Below the pieces are notes generated by a model, which was given only the letters and a program-made list of their open reading frames with translations, made no database searches and was not told where the DNA came from. A stretch of 64,000 bases of DNA from Ranitomeya imitator (Eukaryota), in assembly GCF_032444005.1 (NCBI RefSeq), contig NC_091288.1, positions 204,724,001 to 204,788,000 of the forward strand, read 5' to 3'. Below, in pieces: positions 1 to 13,474 of this stretch. A program made the position numbers and the translations under genes. Every line of letters begins with the position of its first letter. Positions within the stretch are counted from its first letter, which is position 1.

Positions 1-76
1 TAAATCTTGAATACTTGTCAATTTTTAAAATTACTCAACATTTTGTGTATACATCTCTTAAACAAACCTGTGTGAC

Positions 77-378
77 TCCATGGTTACAGACTACAAAAAC
101 TCGGTGTAGTCTGATCCTGCTGTTAACTGTTGCTCCATTCTCTCTGCTTCCTCTTCTTGCTAACCTAAAAACAATAGAAAAGTAGATGAGGGAATAATTC
201 CTGACCGCAGGATCAATTCCTAAAATCTCCCACCCTTTCGTATATAGATCTCTTCTCCAGACCTATCTGTCTCCATGGTTACAGACTACAAACAAACTCT
301 GTGTAGTCTGATCCTGCAGTTAACTATTGCTCCATTCCCTCTACCTCTTTTTCTTCCAAACCAAAGACAATAGAAAAG
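77..378. repeat. Pair of ~110-bp imperfect direct repeats (77-185 and 272-378), probably part of a dispersed repeat
   Basis: CTCCATGGTTACAGACTACAAA...GTGTAGTCTGATCCTGC...ACAATAGAAAAG occurs twice, about 195 bp apart. Confidence 0.6.
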
Positions 379-1341
379 GGACTAAGCCCTGTCTGAAGGA
401 TAAATTACAGAGTTATTTTTTTTTTAGTCCGTAACTATAGAGACACATAGATTTCCATACGACCTGTATACATAAAACGGTAGAAAATTTTTAATCAAAA
501 CTATTTGTAAAAATGCATCTTTTCTGGACACTATATGCAATGCAGCAATAAAATAATGTGTTACAAATATTTACAAACCCTATAAAGAGTTAAAGAACAT
601 TCACTCCCTTATTGATTTTGATCATTCCTTACTAAAAAGGAAATTATGCCCCCACCCCCTCAAGAGGTAACATGCGGAATAATCCATAATCATCAATCAT
701 CCTTTGCTAACTTGTATGAAATCCGACTTCCAGTTTGGAAAGATGCCCCCCTCCGGGCCGCCCCCTACTGTACAGTCAAATAAGCACAAGGACAAAGTTA
801 TTTTCTTTGAAAAGCCCCTAAGCAAAAGTTAAAGAGTTATATATATCAGCCAAGTAAATGATTACAACTCAGATATAATATTTTATAAACAGGGATTTTC
901 TTTTCCGTTCCGCTCCAGCTGCCGGTCATAGGGAAGTGGAATGCTGTAAAAACACATAATTTTAGGTGACTGGCCTAACAGAACAATACCTAGAGAAAAA
1001 TAGGTCAGCAAGTCTGCCGGAGGAGCGTCAGCAGGTAGGTGGCAAATAGGATGGGAAAAGGGACTTGGTTTTCATGTCGCAGACGGAACGTAAACTATTC
1101 CAGACCTGGAACCTCTTCATTATCTTGTTCCTCTCAGCTTCATTTACATCAATGTCATCTTAGTATTTCTATAGAATATGCTGATTTACTTAGAAGTGTT
1201 GGGGGACTGAATAAGGTCTCGGAGAAGTATCGGGGCCACAGCTGCCCATTTGGGTCGGTCTGAAGTCACTGGGCTAAATTAAGGTTAGGATTTTACCATG
1301 AGTCATCTCTTACATACGACGTAATCTCAGCACTAAAGACA

Positions 1342-2578
1342 CAGTAATGAGCAAAAGTTTTAGGCAGGCGTGGAAAGATTGCTGTGCAGTAAGAATATTC
1401 AAAACCCAAGAAAGGAACAAAATGAACATACACCCTGTAGTAAGTGAACAGTCATAGTACACGTAAATAAGATAGTGGACTTAGTTATCACTATTTTGAT
1501 TTAAAAAAAAAGGTGTAAAAGCCATCCCACCACCACAAGGTGACCCTACTCGGGATGGTTCTATTCTGTCTCTAGTACTAAAAGGGTTAGGGTTCACTTT
1601 GTGTCAGTCAAACTCACTTATGCTCTGGCTTATTTCGTTGGCTTTACAATAAAAATGTTTTCATACATAAAAGTGCTAGTTTATTTTTATCAATTAACAA
1701 AATGTAAAGGAGAAATCTAAATTCCATCAATATTTGATGACCACTTTTTGCCTTCATCAGTTCTTCTGGGTACTTGCACAGAATCTTTGGAGGATCTCGA
1801 AGGGAGGATGTTCTAAACATCTTGGAGAACTGACCCCAGATCTCCTGTGTTTAAGGCTTTTCCAGATCCTTCTGTGTCTTCGTGTGATCCCAGACAGACT
1901 TGATGATGTGAGATCAAGGATACGTGGGAGCCATGTCATCCCTTCCAGGACTCCTTGATCTACCGTACTTTATGCTAAAGATAATTCTTAAGGACATTGG
2001 CTGGATGTTTGGGGTTGTTTTTTTCTGCTGAATAAATTTGGAGCCTACTTCATGGTATACATGACGGATAAGTATCTGCTTGTATTTCTCAGCATTGAGG
2101 ACACCAAGAAATGGGCAACGTTGAGGATGGAAAATGTAGTAGTCGGCCAAGGAAACTTAGTGCAGCAGATGACAAACACATCAGGATTACAGTCCTTCAA
2201 ATTTGGAAGATGCCCAGCAGTGTCATCAACTCAGAACGGCCAGCAACCAGTGGGACCCAGCTACAGCCATCTACTGAGAAGTTTGGCCAGAAGTGGTCTT
2301 CATGGAAGAATTGCATCTCAAACCCATATTGTTGACAAGGAAACAAGAGCAAGCAACTCAGCTGTGCACGGAAACATAGGAACTGGAGTTCAGAAAAATG
2401 GCAACAGGTGCGCTGGACTGAAAAGTGCCTAGAAGAACTGAGGACAGCAAAGTACGATCACTGAATTTTGATGGGATTTTGAGTTTCTCCATTTTGTTAA
2501 TGGGTAAAAATAAGATATTAATATTTTATTAAGGAATTCTTACTGTGCAGAACTTTTACCACACATGCCTAAAACTTT
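1342..2578. mobile_element. Rearranged, degenerate Tc1/mariner element with TIRs at both ends
   Basis: TIR CAGTAATGAGCAAAAGTTTTAGGCAGGCGTGG at 1342 and its inverse (CCACACATGCCTAAAACTTT) ending about 2578. Transposase C-terminal remnants lie on the minus strand at ~1735-2098 (VLNAEKYKQILI..., PPFEILQRFCAS). N-terminal remnants lie on the plus strand at ~2100-2430 (GNVEDGKCSSRPRKLSAADDKHI..., LHGRIAS). An unrelated ~250-bp repeat interrupts near 1410-1670. Confidence 0.8.
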
Positions 2579-3169
2579 ATGTGGTAAAGTGGTGGTCACG
2601 GAGGCAGGGTTATTTCGTAAAGACCATTTACAATCCGAATGGCAGATAACAGAACAATGCACTGTATCCTACAGCACATATCGTGGAGATTAGATAGATT
2701 TCTGGTTCCTATTGTCAGTGCTGTAGTATATAGGGGGAAACAGGAGTCTCCTCTTATAGGTAGTGAGTGGGGTTGGATTTGGCCAACCAGCAGCACAGAG
2801 GGAGGTCCGCACTTCTCCGCAGCATCTTCCTATACTGAAAAAAAAGAGCACAGGGAGAGGAGCCAGGGAAGGACTGAACTGTGAACACTTCCAGCACTGT
2901 AAGTACTTAGAATATCGCTCAATCTCTAAAAATGTTATTCTGAGAAAATAGCTGGAATATTAATAGAATATATAACAATAAAGTCTGTGCATTATTCAGG
3001 GAGTATCATAGATAACATATACCGTATGTATGGCATAGCTTCTGTACACATCGGAAACTAAAAGAAATAATCCTACATCTTATTACAGTTCTCAAAATGT
3101 TCCGTATAAATGGATCATGAACCGTGACAGCAGGTAATACCTGTAATTCTATTAGATAGAGCGATAGAT

Positions 3170-3905
3170 AACAAAGTTATATGGTGCGTGAAAGAATAAA
3201 ACTAAGAAAATAGACAAATCAATAGATAAATATAAAAAAAAGAGCACTTTAAAACTAAAAAAATATATATAGAGGAGCAAAATAATCTGAAACATGAGAA
3301 ATAGAGAAAGAGAAGGTAAAAGATGAAATGAAGAATGAATTAAAGAAATCCGATAATATAAAGCATAGATACGAAAGAAGAAAGAAAACTTAAAAAAATA
3401 GATAGCCACTGTATGTACATAGATGGATCGATAGATAAAATAAAGAGATATTGAATAAGAACTAAATAAAGAAATATTATAGAGATGTAGATGCTTTACA
3501 TTATCTATTAAACTAATGAGATATGAAACAAGAAAGAATGAACAAGGTAAGANNNNNNNNNNNNNNNNNNNNNNNNNNNNNNNNNNNNNNNNNNNNNNNN
3601 NNNNNNNNNNNNNNNNNNNNNNNNNNNNNNNNNNNNNNNNNNNNNNNNNNNNNNNNNNNNNNNNNNNNNNNNNNNNNNNNNNNNNNNNNNNNNNNNNNNN
3701 NNNNNNNNNNNNNNNNNNNNNNNNNNNNNNNNNNNNNNNAAATAGGGATAGATTGTAGCTATATAAAAGATAGATAAATATATAGATAATACATAGATAG
3801 AGATAGATGATAGTTAATAGATAATAGATAGATACTAGATAGTGTAGAAAGGAAAAAAAAAAGAAAAAGACAGAAAAAAAGAGAAAGAACTTAGGTAGAT
3901 AGAAG
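3170..3905 (+). repeat. Degenerate (GATA)n/purine-rich simple repeat spanning an assembly gap
   Basis: Dense ATAG/GATA/AAAG motifs on both sides of the N run. Confidence 0.8.
3553..3739. other. Assembly gap (187 N)
   Basis: Run of N. Confidence 0.99.
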
Positions 3906-4534
3906 GTGGAACATTTTTTACTCATTTATAAAAGATCAAACAAATATTTCCGGACAATCTTTCTCTTATTGAAAAAGTATGAAGCATAATAAATTAGCTG
4001 AATCTGTCAGCTCTTTTTGCCATATGAATGTCTGAGGCACCGCGGAGACGTCACTGGTCTCTGCTGGATTGCCGCTTTGGATAGAACAACATTTACATTG
4101 TCATCAGATTGTGAAACACGAGGATGTGATTTATCATTCAAATGTGTTAAATGTAGACCAGTGACTGTGATTTATGAAGCGGATGGATTGTTTAATGTTG
4201 TTAAAACTTCTGTTTTGTATTGATTGGTACTTGTAGTCCACACACGTCAAAATCAGATTGGACAACCTGATTGTACGTGGAGGATGTGCAGATGGGAGGG
4301 GTATTATGTTTTCATGGGACGCAGATGAGATCTACTGTACAGAGCTAAATGGTATGGTCTAATGTAGGACAATCCGTACATCTATCAGACATTGTCCATT
4401 TTTGTCATTGGCACAATCTGCATATGTCCCAACATTCAAGGAAAGGGATTCATGGGGAATATAGATACTAGCAATAAAATAATTAAATAGCCAGTTCTGA
4501 TAAATCAGATATTTTATTGCATAAACAATTAATA

Positions 4535-4760
4535 ATTTAAGTACTTAGATAATTGATAGATAATAGATAGACCGACAGATAGATATGGAAGCCACAAATA
4601 GACGGACAGACAAATAGTTAAGTGAATAGACCAATAGACGGATGGACAGACAACGGAGATTGATATGGAAGATAGATACTGTAGAATAATAGATATGAGA
4701 TAGATAATAGACAATAGATAGACAGATGATATATATAGATAGATAAATAGATAGAATTAT
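4535..4760 (+). repeat. Degenerate (GATA)n/(GACA)n simple repeat
   Basis: GATAGATA/GACAGATA motifs. Confidence 0.8.
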
Positions 4761-5513
4761 TATAATGCTCTCATATCTGGGTGCACTATTATGACACATA
4801 ATATATGCTAATAAATATTCCCATTGATACCAGGAATCTTCTATCCTTTTAATACAGTTATTCTATCCCAGATATGAAGTAATAATAATTCTGGACTATT
4901 TATAGTTATTGTTTCTATGGTTGGATGGTTTTGCACAATAAAGACCTGATGATAACATTGTTCTGTCCATAGATATTTCTGTGTCTGCGCAGCTTTTGCT
5001 GCTTGTTCACACGAGGTGATCATCGTTACCGTTGTTCTTATTTTCTCTAATGTATTTGGGCCCCTGACCGGCCATATATATTAATTATATATATATTAAC
5101 GTTAGAGGGATAGGAGGCTGCGAGACATTGCATACAACACGAGGGTCCGGCGTGGTGACAATGGACAACTGTGCTGCAAAGTGACTTATTTTGTAGGATG
5201 AGGGTACAAGTTCTTACGTCTTGCCTCTCCCATCGTTAGATCTCGGTGGGAATATCTCACCTCAAAGACTATAAAGCTGCACGGGCCCCAGAGCATCTGC
5301 CATACCATGGTAGGCTGGGTGGTGGAGACCCAACCTTGTCCCCTGTTGGTGGTGGATGGGACATAGAAGAGGATGGATCTGTACAGGGAGATGGCATTAT
5401 TCTGGTCAAATCTGAGACCTCTGATGGGATTTAGTCAAATCCCCCAATTCTTCATTCAATGCTTTCACGTTCAAACTCCCCCACTCCAAAGATCAAGACA
5501 ATTCCAATATACC

Positions 5514-5690
5514 NNNNNNNNNNNNNNNNNNNNNNNNNNNNNNNNNNNNNNNNNNNNNNNNNNNNNNNNNNNNNNNNNNNNNNNNNNNNNNNNNNNNNNN
5601 NNNNNNNNNNNNNNNNNNNNNNNNNNNNNNNNNNNNNNNNNNNNNNNNNNNNNNNNNNNNNNNNNNNNNNNNNNNNNNNNNNNNNNNNNN
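5514..5690. other. Assembly gap (177 N)
   Basis: Run of N. Confidence 0.99.
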
Positions 5691-5889
5691 ATAGAAAACG
5701 GGTGCAAGACTCAGGGGACCGACCCAGTATCCTCCATATCCATACAGCAAAAAATGGCAGCCGCCAGACATGATATAGTGGAAAAAAACCCTCTGGTCTT
5801 TATTCACCTATGTATGTGTGCACACGGGTGAATAAACGCCACAGTTTTTTTTCACCATCTCATATCTGGAGTGCTGCCATTATTTGTTG

Positions 5890-6550
5890 TAGATAATAGA
5901 TAGACATTAGATAACAGATATATAATCGATAAGATAGATAATAGATGATAGATAATAGATATTAGATAAGATACTTAATAGATGGATAGATAATAGATAT
6001 ATGGAACGATGAATGGATAGATATTAGATGATAGTATGTATGTAGATAGATATTAGATAATTGTTGGATAATAGATGTATAGATAATAGATAGAGATAGA
6101 TATATAGAAAGATGAATAGATAAATAGATAGATAATAGACAGATGATAGATAATAGATAGATAAGATAGATAATAGATGGATATATGGAGCGATGAATGG
6201 ATAGATATTAGATGATAGTATGTATGTAGATAGATATTAGATAATTGTTGGATAATAGATGTATAGATAATAGATAGAGATAGATATATAGAAAGATGAA
6301 TAGATAAATAGATAGATAATAGACAGATGATAGATAATAGATAGATAATAGATGGATAGATAATAGATAGATAAGATAGATAATAGATGGATATATGGAG
6401 CGATGAATGGATAGATATTAGATGATAGTATGTATGTAGATAGATATTAGATAATAGTTGGATAATAGATGTATAGATAATAGATATATAGAAAGATGAA
6501 TAGATAAATAGATAGATAATAGATAGATATATGGAACGATACATAGATAA
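5890..6550 (+). repeat. (GATA)n-derived tract with a higher-order ~190-210-bp unit repeated about three times
   Basis: GATGAATGGATAGATATTAGATGATAGTATGTATGTAGATAGATATTAGATAAT recurs near 6008, 6192 and 6402. Confidence 0.85.
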
Positions 6551-7569
6551 ATTTTTGACGAAAGTCCATTTATCTCTCATAGAGTATCTATAGGGCCCGT
6601 GGACGAGTTTTATGGTTGAGGCCAGATCTATAGATTACCGGAGGCTCCACCTTGTATGCGGCAATTTCCGATTCCTACATTTATAGTTATTCTGAGTGAG
6701 ATTTATCTACCATGGGGTTGTGTGAAATTGATCATTTCCAGGGCTCATTGGGGGGCGCAGTATACTGGATAGATCCCTGCACAGAAGGCTCCTGTGCCCT
6801 GGATACCATGATTAGTAATTACCGGCAGGGAGAGGGTTAGCAATGTTCTCTGTTGGTGCTCAAGATGTAACCAGCAGTCTGTGCTCCTCCAGGGTCTTCA
6901 TCTGGCCCTCGGGGGTCCCATACACAGGAGGCTGCACCATTTGGTTGTGGTTGGGAGCAGCCTGTAGCATTGAACTGTGGAATATGAAAAATGGGTCTGT
7001 ACCAGGCTCTCTCACCAGCAGCTGCTGCGGGAAATGGGCATGTCCTCCCCCACCAACATCCGTGCCATCCCCCGGGGTGCAATCTGTGTGCACCAACACA
7101 ACCCTCCAACCCGGCTGCTCCGAGACTCCCAGCACTCTCAGCCCAATCCGCTTCATTTATAGTCATCTTGCTGTTGGTTTGTCCTTATAATTTATAATTA
7201 ACCCATATGCTGACAAGGATAATCCAACAGGAGCCCCAACAAGCCCCTTACATCTAGAGTGTATGACCACCATAAAGGTCAGATTTCATCATGTAAGGCC
7301 GGATCTTCCAGTGGTCTCCAGATAAATATCATGTCTATGCTCAGCTTTTATGGAGTGACCACCGAATTCAGAATAGGTGATAAATGCATGATCGCAGGGA
7401 CCCCCACCGGAGGTGGTCTCCAACTGAATAGTGCAGCGGTTGAGCATGTGCAATACTACGTCATTTACTGTCTATAGGACTGAGGGAGTACTGCGCTACT
7501 AATGGGGGAGATGCAGAAGAAATCTGAGGTCAGGAGGTCCATGTGGGGCTTATTACTTTTCCTAGGACG

Positions 7570-7723
7570 AGGGATAGATAGAAAGAAGTTGAAATCTTTT
7601 CAAATAGATGAATGATAGATAGAGGATAGAGAAGAGATAGATAGATAGATAATAGATGATGGATAATAAAAGGGATAATAGAGAGATAATAGAGAGATAA
7701 TAGAGAGATAATAGAGAGATACA
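7570..7723 (+). repeat. GATA/GAGAGATAATA simple repeat that hosts the Tc1 insertion
   Basis: GATAGATA and (GAGAGATAATA)x4; the tract resumes after 9743. Confidence 0.8.
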
Positions 7724-8147
7724 TACAGTGGGGGAAATAAGTATTTGATCCCTTGCTGATTTTGCAAGTTTGCCCACTGACAAAGACATGAACAGTCTAT
7801 AATTTTAAGGGTAGGTTAATTTTAACATTGAGAGACAGAACATCAAAAATAAAATCCAGAAAATCAATTTGTATATTCTATAAATTTATTTGCATTTTGC
7901 ACTGAGAAATAAGTATTTGATCCCCTACCAACCATTAACAGTTCTGGCTCCTAATCAACTTGTTACCTGCATTAGAGACAGCTGTCTTACATAGTCACCT
8001 TTATAAAAGACTCCTGTCCACAGACTCAATTAATCAGTCAGACTCTAACCTCTACAACATGGGCAAGACCAAAGAGCTTTATAAGGATGTCAGGGACAAG
8101 ATCATAGACCTGCACAAAGCTGGAATGGGATACAAAACCATAAGTAA

Positions 8148-8310
8148 AACTGTTGTAAATCCAAGAGAAAGAAATATAGCGCACTCCTCGGTCCAGACGT
8201 AAATCTTTAACTTTATTGGAACATCTTACGAAGAAAAGCGGGCGGGAGACAACGTGTTGGGGGGTGAAGGACTACAGCTGTTTCGCGCTAGTGGCGCTTC
8301 TACAGGTCCT
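8148..8310 (-). mobile_element. Penelope-like element (PLE) terminal fragment inserted in the Tc1 transposase
   Basis: 163-bp insert flanked by a perfect 14-bp duplication AAAACCATAAGTAA (8134-8147 and 8311-8324). It carries a minimal hammerhead motif typical of PLE termini. Confidence 0.75.
8268..8310 (-). ncRNA. Minimal type I hammerhead ribozyme motif (core variant CUGUAGA)
   Basis: Minus strand reads AGGAC-CTGTAGA-A-GCGC CACTA GCGC-GAAAC AGCT GTA-GTCCT: 5-bp stem I, 4-bp stem II, 2-bp stem III with palindromic AGCT loop, and GUA cleavage triplet. Confidence 0.8.
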
Positions 8311-8439
8311 AAAACCATAAGTAAGATGCTGGGTGAAAAAAATACAAAATTACTGTCAATCGGCATCAATCTGGGCACTATGCAAAATCTAACCTCGTGG
8401 GGTATCCTTGATCATGAGGAAGGTGAGAGATCAGCCTAA

Positions 8440-8838
<399 letters not shown>

Positions 8839-8951
8839 TGAGCCATGTACCGTAAAATCCTGAGTGACAACCTCCTTCCCTCCGCCAGGACATCAAAAAT
8901 GGTTCATGGCTGGGTCTTCCAGCAAGACCAAGACTTAAAACATACAGCTAA

Positions 8952-9255
8952 GGCTACGTTCACATTAGCGTTTTGCGTGTTTGCGTCGGGCGCCGCAGCG
9001 GCGGCGCATGCGTCATGCGCCCCTATATTTAACATGGGGGGCGCATGGACATGCGTTGTGCTGCGTTGTGCGACACATGCGTTTTTTTTGCCGCAAGCGT
9101 CGGGCGCAGAAAACGCAACAAGTTGCATTTTTTTGCGTCCAAATTTCGGCAAAAAAGGACGCATGCGTCGCAAAACGCAGCGTTTTAGCGTGCGTTTTGG
9201 TGCGTTTTTATTTGCGTTGTGTCGCCGACGCAGCGGCGCACAACGCAAATGTGAA
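8952..9255. mobile_element. Palindromic PIF/Harbinger-type MITE nested in Tc1 (right end clipped)
   Basis: GGCTACGTTCACATTAGCG...CGCAAATGTGAA. It splits the transposase peptide KHTAK|ATKE. Confidence 0.8.
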
Positions 9256-9819
9256 GGCAACAAAAGAGGGGCTCAAAAAGAAGCACATTAAGGTCATGGG
9301 GTGGCCTAGCCAGTCTCCAGACCTTAATCCCATAGAAAACTTATGGAGGGAGTTGAAGCTCTGAGTTGCCAAGTAACAGCCTCAAAATCTTAATGATTTA
9401 GAGATGATCTGCAAAGAGGAGTGGACCAAAATTCCTCCTGACATGTGCGCAAACCTCATCATCAACTACAAAAAATGTCTGACTGCTGTGCTTGCCAACA
9501 AGGGATTTGCCACCAAGTATTAAGTCTTGTTTGCCGGAGGGATCAAATACTTATTTCTCACTGCAAAATGCAATTAAATGTATATAATTTATACAATGTG
9601 ATTTTCTGGATTTTATTTTTGATGTTCTGCCTCTCAATGTTAAAATTAACCTACCCTTAAAATTATAGACTGTTCATATGTCTTTGTCAGTGGGCAAACT
9701 CACAAACTCAGCAAGGGATCAAATACTTATTTCCCAAACTGTAGATAGAGAATAGATAGATAATGTTAGTATATAGAACAAGCAATCAATTGCATAATCA
9801 AGTCTAAGTGGACTAAAAC

Positions 9820-9823
<4 letters not shown>

Positions 9824-9875
<52 letters not shown>
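9824..9875. repeat. (TA)n microsatellite
   Basis: About 26 TA units. Confidence 0.98.
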
Positions 9876-9878
<3 letters not shown>

Positions 9879-9899
9879 ATATATATTTATCATTTCAAT

Positions 9900-10459
9900 C
9901 AATTTTTCTCCAGCTAATAAAAATATAAACATATTTGGTATATATCACGTTTGCAAAATTTTGAATGAAAATTGACCCATATGGAAAATGCTGTAAAACA
10001 ACAAAAAAAAATAAAATGCCAAAACCATTTATCAGTTGTTGTACCTCCAAAAAATGCAACAAAAAGCCATCAAAACATCATACGTACCACAAAGTGGTGG
10101 CAATTATATCTACAGCCCGTCACACAAAACACAAGCTATTAGTTGACGGAAAAAAAGTTGCATGCTCAGAAAATGGGGATGAGCTGAATTTTATTTTTTC
10201 ATAAAAAACAAAACAAAAAACAAACTCTACACGTTTGGTAATGCCGCAATCATACGGACCTGAAGAATAAAGTTACCAGGTAAATTTCACCACATGATGA
10301 ACGCCGTTAAAACAAAGCTAGGAAACAACTGCGAAATTGCGTTTTTTTCCCCCAGTTCAGCAGACTTGGATTTTTTTCATGTTTTTCAGCGTGTTTTTTG
10401 GGGCGAAAGGGGGGATGAATGTATAAAAATGAAAAATAGCTATGACTGGAAGGGGTTAA
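9900..10459. mobile_element. Terminal fragment of a non-autonomous TTAA-targeting (piggyBac-like) element
   Basis: Ends in AAGGGGTTAA, the same terminus type as the elements starting at 42927 and 56434. The left boundary is uncertain. Confidence 0.45.
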
Positions 10460-11924
10460 GGGACATTGCCTGACCACCTTGCAAATTTCATCAGGATCCA
10501 CAGACTATTTCATGTGCTTGACTCTTACCCAAGAGTAGATGTCAGGGAAAAGAAGCATTGAGCATGTTGGGTTTTCAATATGTACAAACCTTTTTTTCCC
10601 CCTCTGCCCATTGAGGATGCATGCACACTCAGACAAGCCGAGCATGCATGTGTATAAGGTGGCCGGAGAAATTACCGTTGAGCAATCATATACGGCCACC
10701 TTAACATTTCCGCTACGATTGCTTTACACCTTCTCTTACCTCTTTCCATCTTTGTAACTTTTTTCTTCTCTCTCTTCTAGTCTTTTCCGTCTCTCCTCTT
10801 TCCCATCAGTCCATTTCTCCTCCCGCCTGTCTCTCCCCCCGGCTGGTTAGAGGCTGCCCTCAGTGTGAGACTGTGCAGTGATACAGTAATTCCCATGCAC
10901 AGGTGCAGGGTCCCTGATGCTGTGTTACCCTGAGGCACGTCCCCCCGTGCCTTGCCTGACAGACCAGTGGAAGTAATGTCTTGTGGCAGGTAGAGGAATC
11001 CAACAGACCAAGAAGATATGTTAAGAAGTGTTTTCAGAAACCGCAGTCCAAACACCTGTCTCTTCCCCCTTCGTCTTTTTTCTTTTCACTCCATATTCAG
11101 AGCGATGGAGTCAAAAAGAAGTTTCGGGTCTTGAAGAATTCCGGAATTCTTGTAAGACTGTAGATACATCGTGCCTTGGGTAACATTCATGGCCTAAATT
11201 GTTGCCTAGGTTAATGCAGATGATGAAGTTTTGCCTACGTGATTGAATAGTCCCATGAAATGAACTTCTATTCTAGAGAAACCTAGGAGAAAAGTTCTAT
11301 AGGTCAAATGAGTTTTTTCATATACCCATATAAAACGGTCCTCTGTTCACAGTGGTGACCTCTTGGCCAAAGTAGAGAGTGGTTACAAAGAGTAACTCTT
11401 GCTTTGGAGGACTCAGTGTAATGCTTATTTCCTCCTGCGGTGGTGCTATAAGAAAACAACACCTACTGCCATGTTTCCTCAGCTTACAGGTGATCTTTGG
11501 AGGTCACATCAGAGAGGGGAACACTTTGCGTTCTAATAAGTAGGGAGTAAAATGCTTTAAATTGTTATTTTTCATCCATGATCTCTTTCCTCGCTTCCTT
11601 CCTTCTTCTCATCCCAATTTTTTTTTCATCTTTAGGTCTCGTATCTCCATCTTCCTCATTCTGCATTTTTTTCCAGTTCTACAATATATGTCTCCATCTA
11701 AAAAAAAACAAAACATCACTTCTTTGGCTTCTACATGTCCAAAATCACATTTTCCTTCCAACAGATTCATTGACCAAAATGTGCGTACAGTTTTCAGAAA
11801 TATTTTCTAAATGTATTTACCTTCTCACTGCAGGTTGGTTCTTCCAGAAACAATACAAAAATAATCTCTCAATTTTGGGAAAGGATCTTGTAATTTGTAA
11901 AAGGTAAGGTTCCATCTGAAGAAA

Positions 11925-13378
11925 ATGTCAAAAGACGAAGAAGCTGGATGTAAGTTGAACTCTACATGTAAACATAAAGAACGGAAGCCCAAAAAACCAC
12001 ATTATATCCCCAGGCCATGGGGGAAGCCATATAACTACAAGTGTTTTCAGTGCCCCTTTACCTGTATGGAGAAGTCACACTTGTACAACCACATGAAATA
12101 CAGTCTTTGCAAGAACTCACTGTCACTTCTCATAGAGTCCGACTGGCCCTACAAAAAGAACAATTTCCTTGTCTCTGAGACAAACCTTCACGAAACACAT
12201 ACGGAAGGAAACTTAGAAAAGCAAGAGGCTTGCGATTCCACTGGACTATCCACCAAGGCTAGGCAGGTTGGTGAGAAGACTTCTTCTGAAATTCAGAGAT
12301 TCCTAGAAGAGGATGATGAAAGACCAGAAGACGAAGAAGAAGAGGAAGTGGTTGGCCAAAGTCAGAAAGAGAAAAGCAAGAACATCCCGGCTTCACATAC
12401 AAGCTCCAGCAAGAATGATACTGGGCTGAAGGGCAAAAGGGAGACAGTTAACAAAGATGGAGAACCTGAGTTTATCATCACTGATGTATTCTCGTTAGAT
12501 GGACAATGTGAGAAGGAAAGAGAGGAACAAAGATTTATCAAGGCTTCACGGAAACCTTCAAGTAATCTTGCAGGATCTCGGGTGGATCAGTGGAAACTAT
12601 TGACCAGCACACTTAAGAAAGCTGGAGCAGATACGTCAGTTGGGTGCAATGGAACCAACATCATTCCTTGTTACCCACCACCAACATATTCTGATTACCA
12701 AGAACATCAAGGTCTTTCACTTTTGGGTCTTAATTACCCACTGAACACCAACCTGTTCTCCTATTTGAACCCCACCATGACAAGCGGTACAGCCCAGCTC
12801 CCTTTTCTTACTTCCACAGCTCAACTGATGCACACCCCACATTCCACTCACTTCCAGACTTTACAAAACACAGAAAGATCATCATTTCTTCCTCGTTTCT
12901 ACTATCCTTTGCTATTTGAGCATGCGTTTAACACTGATGCCAAAGTGAAGCCAATGAACCAAAGTCAACCAACAAACACGTTTATTGGTACTTCAAAGCC
13001 AAAGATGCCTGTCGACCCTCTAAAGACCTGCTCGCTCAAATCAGAAGAAGGAAACACCACCATCTCTTGGGTGCCTGGAGATAAGATACAGAGTCAAACC
13101 CCAGCTCACAATAAACCAGAGGTTGAAGGAAAATGGGTTCCCCAGATGGTAAGAGACATCATTCAACATCAGAAGGAGATTTTAGGCACTTACGGAGTGC
13201 AAACCTCCAGAAGTAATGAAGTCCCTATGCAGAAAGGTAACATTGAGGTGTCACCTTGGGACAAATCGAGTCCTTTAGGATGTGTGAAGAGAAAGTCTTG
13301 GTTGGACAGAGATGGACCCAATGTAGCAAGTGAACAGACATCATCTTTGGTGGAAGGCGAACGGACTTTCCATAACAG
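11925..13378 (+). CDS. PRR35: PRR35-like (ZNF750/PRR35 family) zinc-finger protein, first coding exon
   Basis: KERKPKKPHYIPRPWGKPYNYKCFQCPFTCMEKSHLYNHMKYSLCKNSLSLL matches the recalled PRR35 version of the motif (ZNF750 has RPPGKPFKYK...HLFNHMKYGLCK). Upstream acceptor CTGCAG at 11833; donor AG|GTAAG at 13379, phase 2. Confidence 0.85.
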
Positions 13379-13474
13379 GTAAGATTTTTTGACATATAAC
13401 ACAAACATCTTTAGAATCAGTAAAAGGTCAAGTAGCCATCTCTTGTTCCTGGGGTTCTCCATTCATGAGATATT

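Noticed and set aside
3152-3925. 257-aa and other ORFs across GATA tracts and N gaps (also 5373-5831 and 6053-6580)
   Set aside because: They are low-complexity translations of simple repeats or run through Ns.
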